Shown in pieces: positions 41,335-52,211 of a stretch of 64,000 nucleotides of DNA. Position 1 is the stretch's first letter. The number at the start of each line of letters is the position of its first letter. The stretch covers positions 14,497-78,496 of the forward strand of contig JAVJWO010000071.1 in NCBI GenBank assembly GCA_040222015.1, written 5' to 3'. Position numbers and translations under genes: made by a program. This DNA comes from Coleofasciculus chthonoplastes F2-STO-03. Lineage in GTDB: Bacteria > Cyanobacteriota > Cyanobacteriia > Cyanobacteriales > Coleofasciculaceae. A model generated the notes under the pieces. It had not been told where the DNA came from. It saw nothing but the letters and a program-made list of their open reading frames with translations, and searched no databases.

Positions 41335-41808
41335 CGCACCTTATTCATTCACAATGGTTTTATCGAAGGGTTCCGCCAAAAGCTCTATCGACCCATTCGC
41401 GATCGCCTGAGTGATGAAATTTACCAGTCAATCCACGGTACAACCGATTCTGAGCATATTTTTGCCCTCCTTGTCAATGAACTCCAAACGGTTCCCGATG
41501 CTTCCTTAGAGAAGGCATTGTCGCAAACCTTGATCCAGTTGACCCAATTAGCCGAATCCGATCAAGTCAACTTTTCTGCCAATGTGATTATCAGTGATGG
41601 GCATAGCCTCGTTGCTAGTCGCTACGCATCGGGTAGCAGTGCGCCCACACTATACTGGTTACGGGATGATCCTAATTACCCTAACGCTGTCCTCATTGCC
41701 TCTGAACCCTTATTTGCGGGGAATTGGCACAGTTGCCCAACCAATAGCCTGCTGGTGGTTAAAGAGGATTTGGAAGGGGAGCATCAATCAATTCTAAAGA
41801 ACGGATAA
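41335..41808 (+). pseudogene. egtC: 5'-truncated EgtC-like class II glutamine amidotransferase
   Basis: RTLFIHNGFIEGFR..IHGTTDSEHIFALL..IASEPL; N-terminal catalytic Cys region absent. Confidence 0.75.
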
Positions 41809-42165
41809 TGTCATGGAACTTGACCTATTCCAGAGGCTGCTGATGCACCGCCGTCTCAATGCCGTTGCAGTTTGTGTTATTCTAATAAATACCTACCATC
41901 TCATTTTTCTCAACCCAGCGCTCTCTCACGCTCGGGTTTTCTTAGATGTCTAACTAAGTCGAATAGGCATAGGTTGAGTTCTATAGCTTAGCTCTTAAGA
42001 TTAGTTTGAGATAAGTCCAGGGTATTTTTTTCAGGCTTCACTATCTTTTAACAGTATTGCGGAATCCCGTTATCTGGTGGGATTCCTGCATTCTAGATGC
42101 CTGCACTTATCGCCTCATACCCTAGGTTTATTCATTACTCTCACCGTGCCGAAGACAACTCCTGA

Positions 42166-42354
42166 TTAGCTACGCCAATCGGGAAATTGACCCTGAAGAC
42201 AGGCAGCGATTTCATCGTTCCAGTCGTCTTCTATTTGGGTAATCCACGCCTCAAACTTATCCTCAGTTTTTGAGTTGAACATTTTGTACCGTAGTTTTAA
42301 CGACAATTTATCTCCGTTCCGAGATTGGTTATGAGAGAGTTGGTAATAAGTCAT
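42166..42354 (-). CDS. Small hypothetical protein
   Basis: 62-aa ATG ORF divergent from por; no recognised motif. Confidence 0.35.
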   Translation of the reverse strand: MTYYQLSHNQSRNGDKLSLKLRYKMFNSKTEDKFEAWITQIEDDWNDEIAACLQGQFPDWRS

Positions 42355-42664
42355 TATTAATCTTCCGATAATTATTAATTAACTACAAGTCACGGATTTT
42401 CTAAACTTCTTTTAACAAATATATTGAATTGTAAAGAAAAGATCTAGGCATTGAATAACACAACCCAGGTGATGATTGGCGAGAAGATAGGTGATACTGT
42501 ATGGTCTGGATAAGTAATTTCAATGAAGCGTAAGCGTGACTAGACAGAATCCCTTTGGTGAGCGAGGTCACAAATTTTACCTCTGCCTCTCTACCCAATC
42601 CATCGGAAACTTTTTTGATCAACTGGATCTCCTCAACTGTAAAATCGGTAGATCAGTGGGATGA

Positions 42665-43675
<1,011 letters not shown>

Positions 43676-44078
43676 TGGGAGATTAAGCTGTCACCCATTT
43701 AAATTGGGAATGGGTTGCGAGCAAGATGCTCACCCTAGAAGGATTTCACCATTATTGAGATTAAGGTTGAAATCCCAAACAGCTTAGGTGTCAACGTTCG
43801 TCCCAATTACTCCATATCATGAGTCGGGGTGATTCATAAATTGCCCCGACTATAATTCGGGGTTACTGAATAAGTCTTGTGGTGGGGATCGGGAATAGGG
43901 AACACCTCGACTTCGCTCGGTGTGTCATGGGCAATGGGCAATGGTTTCAACGGGCATAAAATATTAAGAAATATTAACAAGTGTCAACTCCTGACTGTTC
44001 TCTATTCCCGGTTTTCTGTTCCCTTGTCCATGTCTTGACGATTTAATCGAAGAAATAATACAGTGTATTACGAAAGCG

Positions 44079-44107
44079 TTGACAATTCTTGTATCCTTTT
44101 CTACCAT
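44079..44107 (+). promoter_or_regulatory. Consensus-like sigma70 promoter with no obvious downstream gene
   Basis: TTGACA-N17-TACCAT. Confidence 0.45.
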
Positions 44108-44524
44108 AGTCAATATTCCTTCTAAAGAAGGTTGCTTAGATGTATTACAGTAAAGGAATTTACTCTCACAGCTAGAAGAAAATTCCATTGCTGTGAACGA
44201 TTGATGTTGACGGTATTTAGATAGGGCGCATTTATCCAACCAGCCGTTAGGTTGTTCAAGCTTTGTGTTTTTAATCTAGACAAAGTTTTGTAGAACGGCA
44301 AAACCTGTTTGAGTGGAGCAATTCGTTGAAAAGAGATGGCTCTACGCGAACAGTTACTGGTAAGTGAAACTTTAGTGATAGCAGATGGATGTTAGGGTGC
44401 ATTTTCAGATTCAAGTGACGTGTTTGATAAGGGTCTTTATTTAATCAACGCCACTGATAGATAAGAATACGCGATCGCTGTTTATTCTCTTGCACCAAGA
44501 GAGGGCGATCGCCTTTTTTTTGGG

Positions 44525-45106
44525 TTAAACCTCCAGGATGGGAGGTTGAGTTGGACTCACTTGTCGAATAACCCGACAGGGGTTTCCCGCTGCGATAACA
44601 TTGGCGGGAATACTTTTGGTCACAACGCTACCCGCACCAATGGTTGTGTGATTACCAATAGTGACACCTGGACCAATAATTGCACCGCCACCAATCCAGA
44701 CATTATCGCCAATTTTAATCGGTGCAGCCAGTTCGCGTCCAGTTAATCTTTGGGCGGGATCGGTGGGATGATAGGCGGTATAGATCTGCACATAGGGACC
44801 ACATAACAGGTTATCGCCTAGGTGAACTGTATTACAGTCGAGAATCACACAGCCATAATTCATATAGAGATTATCGCCAACATAGATATTACTGCCATAA
44901 TCACAGTAAAAGGGAGGACTAATTTGAGGATTAGATCCCAGCTTGCCAAATAAGTTTTGTAAAAGGTGCGATCGCGTTTCTATTTCGTCTTCGGTTGTCG
45001 CGTTGTACAAGCGCGTGAGATGACAGGCTTGATTGTGTAATGCTTTTAATTCAGGGTCAGATGCTAGATATAGCTCTCCCGCTAACATTTTTTGTTTTTC
45101 GCTCAT
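44525..45106 (-). CDS. Sugar (maltose) O-acetyltransferase
   Basis: EKQKMLAGELY, PPFYCDYG, hexapeptide repeats, GNPCRVIR. Confidence 0.92.
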   Translation of the reverse strand: MSEKQKMLAGELYLASDPELKALHNQACHLTRLYNATTEDEIETRSHLLQNLFGKLGSNPQISPPFYCDYGSNIYVGDNLYMNYGCVILDCNTVHLGDNLLCGPYVQIYTAYHPTDPAQRLTGRELAAPIKIGDNVWIGGGAIIGPGVTIGNHTTIGAGSVVTKSIPANVIAAGNPCRVIRQVSPTQPPILEV

Positions 45107-45218
45107 CAGAAACCTGTCTTTCCGTGTCTCCATAACACCATTTATTGTAAGCTACCTGTAGGGGCACGGCAATGCCGTGCCCCTACCATAAATGGCGTTT
45201 GTGCTTAACAGTTTTCTT

Positions 45219-45842
45219 CTACTCTATGAGTCGTTTTAAAATTTGAATCACCCGATGCAGTTGGTTATCACGGCGAGTTGAAAGGGTAAATTTATCAGAT
45301 AAATCATATTCTTTTTGCTGAGGGTCTAGTTTGACAAAAAGGTAATCTTCTCCGGTGGTAATTAAACCATAAGCGGGATTCTCGGTTGTCGGGTTAGACA
45401 TCATGTAGGCGAGGGTTTGGGGTAAAGCCTGCATCACACTAAAACCATAGCGTTTGGTTTCTAAAAGGATGAGCCACAATCGCTCCTGCATGACTAAAAT
45501 ATCAATGAGTCCCTCTAGGATTTGGTCTTTGTCTTCGATTTCAATTTTGATGTATTTTTCCCCTTTGATGAGATAGGGGGGATCGTACAAGCCTAATAGT
45601 TCTAGAATTGGAGCAATTATAATCAGGTTTACGGTACTTTCGGTAATCGCACCTTCGGCTTGGTAATAACGATAGCGGGTTCGTAGGCGATCGCACTTTT
45701 CAATTTCCCCCAGGCTGAGTTCGGGTAAGGGTTCTAGCCATTCTGGGAAGAAGGTGGGGTTGGTTGTCGGCTGCAATTGAAAGGTATGATGCGCCTGGTT
45801 TAAGTTTGTAATCGCTTTGGTAACACCAATAACCTGGGGCAT
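45219..45842 (-). CDS. Restriction-endonuclease-like protein (HsdR N-terminal / PD-(D/E)xK)
   Basis: GLIDILV..LETK..QTLAYM..GLITTG. Confidence 0.75.
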   Translation of the reverse strand: MPQVIGVTKAITNLNQAHHTFQLQPTTNPTFFPEWLEPLPELSLGEIEKCDRLRTRYRYYQAEGAITESTVNLIIIAPILELLGLYDPPYLIKGEKYIKIEIEDKDQILEGLIDILVMQERLWLILLETKRYGFSVMQALPQTLAYMMSNPTTENPAYGLITTGEDYLFVKLDPQQKEYDLSDKFTLSTRRDNQLHRVIQILKRLIE

Positions 45843-46463
45843 GGCATAGATTTCAGATAAAGAGGTGATTTCTCTGGGAGTTGGCGACGCCTGCGCGTTC
45901 TTTTATTGTAGGGGGTGATTGTCAACCTGTAAGCCGAATCCGTCTTTGAAACCCCCTTTTTGCCATGGCGACTGGAAGTCGCAGCTACACAAACAAAGTC
46001 CGCCTGCGCGGACTAGATTATATAGCATTACACTCTAAGGTTAGGACAAAAAAAGAAAAATTTAAATCGCTCAATCCCTTGATGAGTCAGTGTTTTTCTT
46101 CAAAGAAAGCCTATGACACACCGAGCGAAGTCGAGGTGTTGCCTATTGCCTATTGCCTAGCGCGTAGCGCTATAAAGGGGATAGCTAACCCGGATTTGGT
46201 ATAAGCCGAATCGGGGCGATGAATTCGGATTTTCTGGGATAGGGCTTGGTTACCAAGCCCCTACGACGGTTGGTGCTAACTGAAAACTCGGATTCTGAAC
46301 CCTACATCCTCTACAGGATAAGGCTTGCAGCGGAATGACTCAACGGGTGCGATCGCTTTGATGGGCAAGGGGTTAGGGTGAAACGTTTAAGATTTGATAC
46401 AAGCCTCTTGTCAAATTCCGCTAGGCATTTGCTAGATTAAAATATCTTTTTCCGGTTTTCCAG

Positions 46464-46676
46464 ATGAACTCAGTGCAACTCGGTATACGCATTCCTACCC
46501 ATCTCAACCAACGTCTGACTGACTACATTGAACGCACGGGGTTGTCAAAGACGGAGGTGGTGATTAATGCCTTGGCGTCTTATATGGGGTGTAGTGAGGA
46601 GATTCCCCTGAATGAACGGGTGGCGTCTCTGGAGGCGAAGGTGATGGTGTTGGAGGGATTGGTTAAAGGAGGCTAA
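46464..46676 (+). CDS. Ribbon-helix-helix DNA-binding protein
   Basis: VQLGIRIP..L..Y..RTGLSKTEVVINALASY followed by a coiled coil. Confidence 0.7.
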   Translation: MNSVQLGIRIPTHLNQRLTDYIERTGLSKTEVVINALASYMGCSEEIPLNERVASLEAKVMVLEGLVKGG

Positions 46677-46760
46677 TGTTTAGCAAAGTTTTGGAAAAAA
46701 AGGATTAACAGTTAACCCTAGACAATATTCTTAGTCATACTGACACCGAAAGCGAATGGC

Positions 46761-48974
46761 ATGGAAGCTGAAGAGGTTCTGAAACGATATGTAGCAGGAG
46801 AACGGGATTTTCGCGGTGAAAGTCTTTGCGGTCAATCGTTTAAGGGAAAAAACCTTTCGGGGGCAGATTTTAGTGAGGCGGATATTCGAGGGGCAAACTT
46901 TACTAATGCTTACCTAAGAGGTGCAAAGTTCTGTAGTGCGAAAGCCGGATTGCCACGTCATCAAGGAATTATTTTAGTATGTGTAGCATTTCTGCTAGCA
47001 ACAGGACTTGGACTGGTTGCTGGATTAGTAAGTTTTTTTGCACTGGATCTACTCGGTTCATTTAATATTAAAAATATTATTTTACCTATGGATATTGCTG
47101 CAATAGTAATGTCTGTATTTTTCTTTTTCTTAGTTTATTCTGGTTATAATAAAGCCAAAGAAGCTACTCGCAACAATATGGAACAGCACGTAGAAGTGAC
47201 TGTACATAGCTCTTTAGCCCTAACCTTCTGGGGAATTGTAGTTTTAACCATTTCAGTAGTTCTAATTTATTCTGGCAACTTTGCTACAGTTGTAGCCCTA
47301 ACTCTATTGGGCGGTGTAGTTTTAATGACAGCTCTTCTCTTAGCTCTTACTATGGCTGGAGTTGGTGTTCTCACTGGCTCATTAGCTGTAGCTGTAATTT
47401 TGGCAGGATTCGTGGCTATAGCTGGTGCTGTAGCCAGAGTTTTTGTAGAAGGTGGTCAGTTGAGTGTGACTTGGGCAATCAGCTTTGTTGTAGCTAGCGC
47501 TGCTGTTGTCGGATTACTAGCTAGTTACATTGGTTTTGAAGCCTCAACGAGAAAAAGATTCGCTTGGATTCAGATGATTGCCATTAACTTTGCGGCTTTA
47601 GGTGGTACTAGCTTTCGCCGAGCCGATTTAACTGAGACGGACTTTAGCAGAGCTATTCTCAAAAGTACAGATTTTCGAGAATCCATTTTATATCAGACTT
47701 GTTTTATTGATGCGCGTAAATTAGAGCAATCAAGATATGACAATCCTAATTCTTCAATAATTGCAAATCCATCTGTCCGATATTTGCTTATCCATGGTGA
47801 TGTTCAGAATAATCCATACACTCAAAACAAATCCTACGATAGAGAAAATCTCAGAGGTGCATTTCTAAAAGGAGCCAACTTACAGGATGCTAGTTTTATC
47901 GGCGCTGATTTGAGTGAAGCCAACCTGCAAGATGCAGACTTATCCAGAGCCAAATTAGTACAAACCCAATTAGATGAAGCCGATTTAACAGGTGCAACCC
48001 TCACAGGAGCTTTTATCGAGGATTGGAACATCACCAGTCATACCAAATTACAGGGGATTAGATGTCGGTATGTCTTCATGCGTTTACCGACTAAAGATGA
48101 CCCTGAACCTCGCCGCAAACCCGATAACCGGGAAGAAGAGTTTGAAGATGGGGATTTTGCCGACTTTATCAAGCCAATCGTTGATACTCTCGACCTCTAC
48201 CATAATCAGGGGGTTGACCCTCGTACTATTGCAATTTCCTTTAAGCAGTTAGCTGAAAATAACCCAGAGGCTGAGTTAGAGATTGTCGCGATGGAGAAAC
48301 GGGGTAAAGATAAATTCTTACTCCGTGCAGCAACGGCTCCTGACGCTGATCATTCTAAACTGAATGCTGAGTATTTCAAGACTTATAATCAGATTAAAGC
48401 CTTAGCTGAAGCAGAAGTACAGGCATTACTCGCTGAGAAAGATAGCCGAATTTCCAGTTTAGAGACTATGGTAAATACGGCGCTACAGCGTCCAAGTCCA
48501 AGTTTTTATACAAACACGCAAGTTGAACAGGTAGGTATTATGACTAACAATCCTGGTGGTATTTCTCAATCCAATACAGGTTCAATGGGAGGTGGACAGC
48601 AAGGCGCTATCGGTGACCAAAACAAGCAAACGATGTCCACTCAAACGGCTGCATCCGCAGGGGAACAGCTAACCCAACAAGACGTTCTGCAAATGCTGGA
48701 GCAGATTGAGCAAATGATTGATTCGGCTGAAATCCCAGAAGACATTAAAGAAGAAGCAAACACTTACTTGGGGGCGGCGAAAAAAGCTGTTGAGAAAGAA
48801 GAACCAAACAAAGAACGGGTAAACATTAACCTAGAAGGAGTAGCAGAAGAACTAGAGAAAGCCAGTAAGGTAGCAGAAGCTGGCACTACTTTATTTACAA
48901 AAGTTAAGCCAATTCTCGTTAAAGTTGCAGGTTGGTTAGGTGCAGCCGCAGGTTCTTTCTTCGGTACTCTCTAA
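46761..48974 (+). CDS. Pentapeptide-repeat protein with TM block, G/Q/N-rich motif and C-terminal helical domain
   Basis: A(D/N)(F/L) repeats flank a hydrophobic block; GSMGGGQQGAIGDQN near the C-terminus. Confidence 0.88.
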   Translation: MEAEEVLKRYVAGERDFRGESLCGQSFKGKNLSGADFSEADIRGANFTNAYLRGAKFCSAKAGLPRHQGIILVCVAFLLATGLGLVAGLVSFFALDLLGSFNIKNIILPMDIAAIVMSVFFFFLVYSGYNKAKEATRNNMEQHVEVTVHSSLALTFWGIVVLTISVVLIYSGNFATVVALTLLGGVVLMTALLLALTMAGVGVLTGSLAVAVILAGFVAIAGAVARVFVEGGQLSVTWAISFVVASAAVVGLLASYIGFEASTRKRFAWIQMIAINFAALGGTSFRRADLTETDFSRAILKSTDFRESILYQTCFIDARKLEQSRYDNPNSSIIANPSVRYLLIHGDVQNNPYTQNKSYDRENLRGAFLKGANLQDASFIGADLSEANLQDADLSRAKLVQTQLDEADLTGATLTGAFIEDWNITSHTKLQGIRCRYVFMRLPTKDDPEPRRKPDNREEEFEDGDFADFIKPIVDTLDLYHNQGVDPRTIAISFKQLAENNPEAELEIVAMEKRGKDKFLLRAATAPDADHSKLNAEYFKTYNQIKALAEAEVQALLAEKDSRISSLETMVNTALQRPSPSFYTNTQVEQVGIMTNNPGGISQSNTGSMGGGQQGAIGDQNKQTMSTQTAASAGEQLTQQDVLQMLEQIEQMIDSAEIPEDIKEEANTYLGAAKKAVEKEEPNKERVNINLEGVAEELEKASKVAEAGTTLFTKVKPILVKVAGWLGAAAGSFFGTL

Positions 48975-48986
48975 TCGTTATAACAA

Positions 48987-51302
48987 ATGTGTGAACCACC
49001 GTCCCATGAACCCAATTCAAAACAGTCCCAGCCTGAACCAAGTGTTCAGCAGAAAAATGCAGGTTCAATGGGCGGTGGACAACAGGCGGCAATTGGTGAT
49101 AGAAATGTCCAGGTACAGGGAAAGGGTAACTGGGTCTGGAATTTTTTCTTTGGTTGGGGTGGCAAAAGTTTAACTCGACACGAAGAATACCGCAAGCGTC
49201 AGGCTTTACTCAATAACGTCAACAAATGTTGGGTCAAAGATGTTCTAGAAAAATCCCTCTACAATCAGGTGATGATTGAGTTGGGATTGGAGGAACGCCC
49301 CGATGCTATTACTAATCCTTGGAGTGCCATTATAGAGACGAATGACTCACCTCAACCTCTCCCCGATGGAACTAAAATAATCGATATATTTGACCAAATC
49401 GGCATAGGTCGAACGCTACTCATTTTAGGGGAACCGGGGTCAGGAAAAACCACGACGCTATTGGAACTCACACGCGATTTAATCGCCCGTGCGGAACAAG
49501 ACATTAACCGGCTGATTCCTGTTGTATTTAACCTCTCCTCTTGGGCGAATAAACGGCAGAAAATCGAGGATTGGTTAGTGGAGGAACTGAATAGTAAGTA
49601 TTCTGTACCTAAGAAAATAGGTCAAGCGTGGGTAACACAACAGCAACTGCTTCCATTGCTGGATGGTTTAGATGAAGTTAAGGCGGAGTATCGAGACGAC
49701 TGTATTGCCACGTTGAATCAATTCAAGCAGGATAATGGTTCAGAGTTGGTGGTGTGTAGTCGGATTAAAGACTATGAAGCCTTATCTAATCGTCTGAATT
49801 TTCAAAGTGCTGTTTATATAAAATTACTGACTTTAGAACAAATTTGTCATTACTTGGATAGTGTCGGTACTGACTTGGCAGGTTTGAGGAAATTAATTGT
49901 AGAGGATACAGTATTGCAAGAGTTAGCCCAATCTCCTTTGATGCTCAATATTATGACTCTGGCTTACCAGGGAGTTGCGGTTGAGGATTTGCCAAAAACT
50001 GAGATGGCAGAAGAACGGCGTAAGCAGCTATTTGATGATTACATTGAGAAAATGTTTCATCGCCCTAATCGTTCAAAGGGTGAACAGAGATATTCAAAAT
50101 TTCAAACAAAGCATTGGCTGAGTTGGCTAGCACAGAGAATGCTTCAGGAGTCGCAAACTGTATTTTTCATTGAAGGAATGCAGCCTCGTTATCTGAAAAA
50201 TAAATTTCGTCAATGGCAATATTGGGTTTTACTTGTCATAATGAATTTAGTGGCTGCTGGAACTATTGCTACGATTGTTATTTTGCAATGGTTCTTGCCT
50301 GAACATTCAATATCATGGTCATCTATTTCTAATCGCATCTTACTATTCGGCTCATGGTTTGGATTTATTCTATCTACTGAGTCCAAAGCTGATGCTAGCC
50401 GATTAATAATGTATCCCATCGTTCAAGTTTTTTGCTTTCTATTCAGGAAAAAGCTACCAAGAGAGTTTCAAGATAACATACCTATTCTTCATGACATCGA
50501 TCTCTCTTCAAGATTTCGATTAAAAGCCCCTTCACTGAGAGATTTGAAAGATAAAGTTTTGCAACATTCGCTAGGACACGCTTTATTGATGTCCGAGTGG
50601 ATGTGGAAGATATTGCTATTGCCGATTATCATACCAATTCATATACTTTTCGGAGAATTAGCATATGCAATTGGTATGCAAAGGTTGGGCAGCAATTCAA
50701 AAAAATATTTTAAGTTTCTAATTAAACGCTCTATAGCAGTTTCTAATGAAATCAACGAATCAATAGATTCCAATCAAAACTCGAATTATATTCTTCTATT
50801 TGTGATACTGTATCAGTATGGAGATATGATTAAAATAAAAGGAGGCTTGTTAATCAAGCTATCTTTAAAAATATTGACATTTATTCCAGGATTGATGTCA
50901 TTCATTTTTTCTGTGTTTATAAGCTTATTTAATGTTTTGACAGCAGAAAAAATAGAAGATTCGCTAGCTCCGAACTATCGCGTAAAAGAAGCTTCAAAAA
51001 CTGCATTTTTAAGTTCAATACTTTTCTGTCTTTCTTCTATCATAGCCTTCCAGAGGCCAGCCACATACTATCGATTCATTTCTTGTATTCTTGGCTTTTT
51101 GGCTTGCTTGAGTTATTTACCTTTGCTCAAACATCTATCTCTGCGCCTTGTCCTTTGGCACAGTGGTGCTATTCCCTGGAACTATGCCCACTTCCTCGAC
51201 TATGCCGCAGATCGCATCTTCCTCCAAAAAGTTGGCGGCGGCTACATCTTCATCCACCGAATGCTGATGGAACACTTTGCCCAGATGGAACTTGAACGCT
51301 AA
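48987..51302 (+). CDS. NACHT (STAND) NTPase with C-terminal TM region
   Basis: GEPGSGKTT Walker A, LLDGLDE Walker B, SPLML, FLDYAADRIFLQKVGGGYIFIHRML. Confidence 0.92.
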   Translation: MCEPPSHEPNSKQSQPEPSVQQKNAGSMGGGQQAAIGDRNVQVQGKGNWVWNFFFGWGGKSLTRHEEYRKRQALLNNVNKCWVKDVLEKSLYNQVMIELGLEERPDAITNPWSAIIETNDSPQPLPDGTKIIDIFDQIGIGRTLLILGEPGSGKTTTLLELTRDLIARAEQDINRLIPVVFNLSSWANKRQKIEDWLVEELNSKYSVPKKIGQAWVTQQQLLPLLDGLDEVKAEYRDDCIATLNQFKQDNGSELVVCSRIKDYEALSNRLNFQSAVYIKLLTLEQICHYLDSVGTDLAGLRKLIVEDTVLQELAQSPLMLNIMTLAYQGVAVEDLPKTEMAEERRKQLFDDYIEKMFHRPNRSKGEQRYSKFQTKHWLSWLAQRMLQESQTVFFIEGMQPRYLKNKFRQWQYWVLLVIMNLVAAGTIATIVILQWFLPEHSISWSSISNRILLFGSWFGFILSTESKADASRLIMYPIVQVFCFLFRKKLPREFQDNIPILHDIDLSSRFRLKAPSLRDLKDKVLQHSLGHALLMSEWMWKILLLPIIIPIHILFGELAYAIGMQRLGSNSKKYFKFLIKRSIAVSNEINESIDSNQNSNYILLFVILYQYGDMIKIKGGLLIKLSLKILTFIPGLMSFIFSVFISLFNVLTAEKIEDSLAPNYRVKEASKTAFLSSILFCLSSIIAFQRPATYYRFISCILGFLACLSYLPLLKHLSLRLVLWHSGAIPWNYAHFLDYAADRIFLQKVGGGYIFIHRMLMEHFAQMELER

Positions 51303-51345
51303 ACCCCCACCGAATAAAGCTTACAAACCAATACCCAACATCGCC

Positions 51346-51684
51346 CTAACTGCCATTACTCCGCCGATGCTCTAACGTTAACACTCCCACTGGCGCATCT
51401 ACGACTAACCGCATCATTCCCAGCCACTGTAACCCCAGCAAAACATCAGGAATTTCCTCCCCAACATGAACAGGAATCCTGTATTCAACCCCATCAAAAC
51501 TCACCGTTCCCTCATACAAGTCAAACACATCCTGTCCTTGTGCTGTCCGCATGGCTCGATTTCGTTCAATCAGCAGCCACCCCAATCCATCGATATAGCG
51601 CTACGCGCCAGGGAATAGGCAATAGGCAATAGGCAATAGTGAAGAAAAAAGCTCACCAATATTGCCAAATCTGCCAGAAATCAT
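51346..51684 (-). pseudogene. Aspartyl-protease-like gene with its catalytic region replaced by a repeat
   Basis: MISGRFGNIGELFF start (ATGA overlap with the upstream gene), repeat at 51594-51642, then GLGW..LLGLQWL..LTL. Confidence 0.65.
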
Positions 51685-51998
51685 ATCATGCCGCAGGCTC
51701 CCGTCTGATTAATTCGGAATGTCATTAGCCAGCCAGTCGGATACTTTTTACGCGCTTTTTCCACCGCTTTATCTTCATCAGCATCAATAAAATAGTCCCC
51801 ACTATTTGGCTCAATCAGTATAAACCAGTTATAGTAATCACTCATTAACTCATCCCGGACTCGTTCAAAAACTGGGAAACAGCGTTGATACCGTGCGTTT
51901 CGTTCCGCTTTCCGTCTTGCCAATTCTTGCGGCGGTATTGTATGTTGAGGAAATATTCGACCCCGACGTAGGGGGCGCTGGGTTTGCTGCTGGGTCAT
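51681..51998 (-). CDS. Hypothetical protein, translationally coupled to the protease gene
   Basis: YNWFILIEPNSGDYFID..FRINQTGACG. Confidence 0.7.
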   Translation of the reverse strand: MTQQQTQRPLRRGRIFPQHTIPPQELARRKAERNARYQRCFPVFERVRDELMSDYYNWFILIEPNSGDYFIDADEDKAVEKARKKYPTGWLMTFRINQTGACGMI

Positions 51999-52211
51999 AT
52001 TATTTTATGTCCGGTTGAATAAGCTGTTCGGTATTTAAACCTTAATGTCAATAATGACAAAATCCTTGTAGTGGCGTGGCACAGCTAAAATGGTGCGATA
52101 GATTTGGTACGTAGTGAGGGAACCTCAGCCCTCTCCGGCTAGGCGGAGCGAGAACTAAAGTTCTCACTACAAACAAAGACAAAAAGACAAAACAAGTTTT
52201 CCCCAAGCGTG

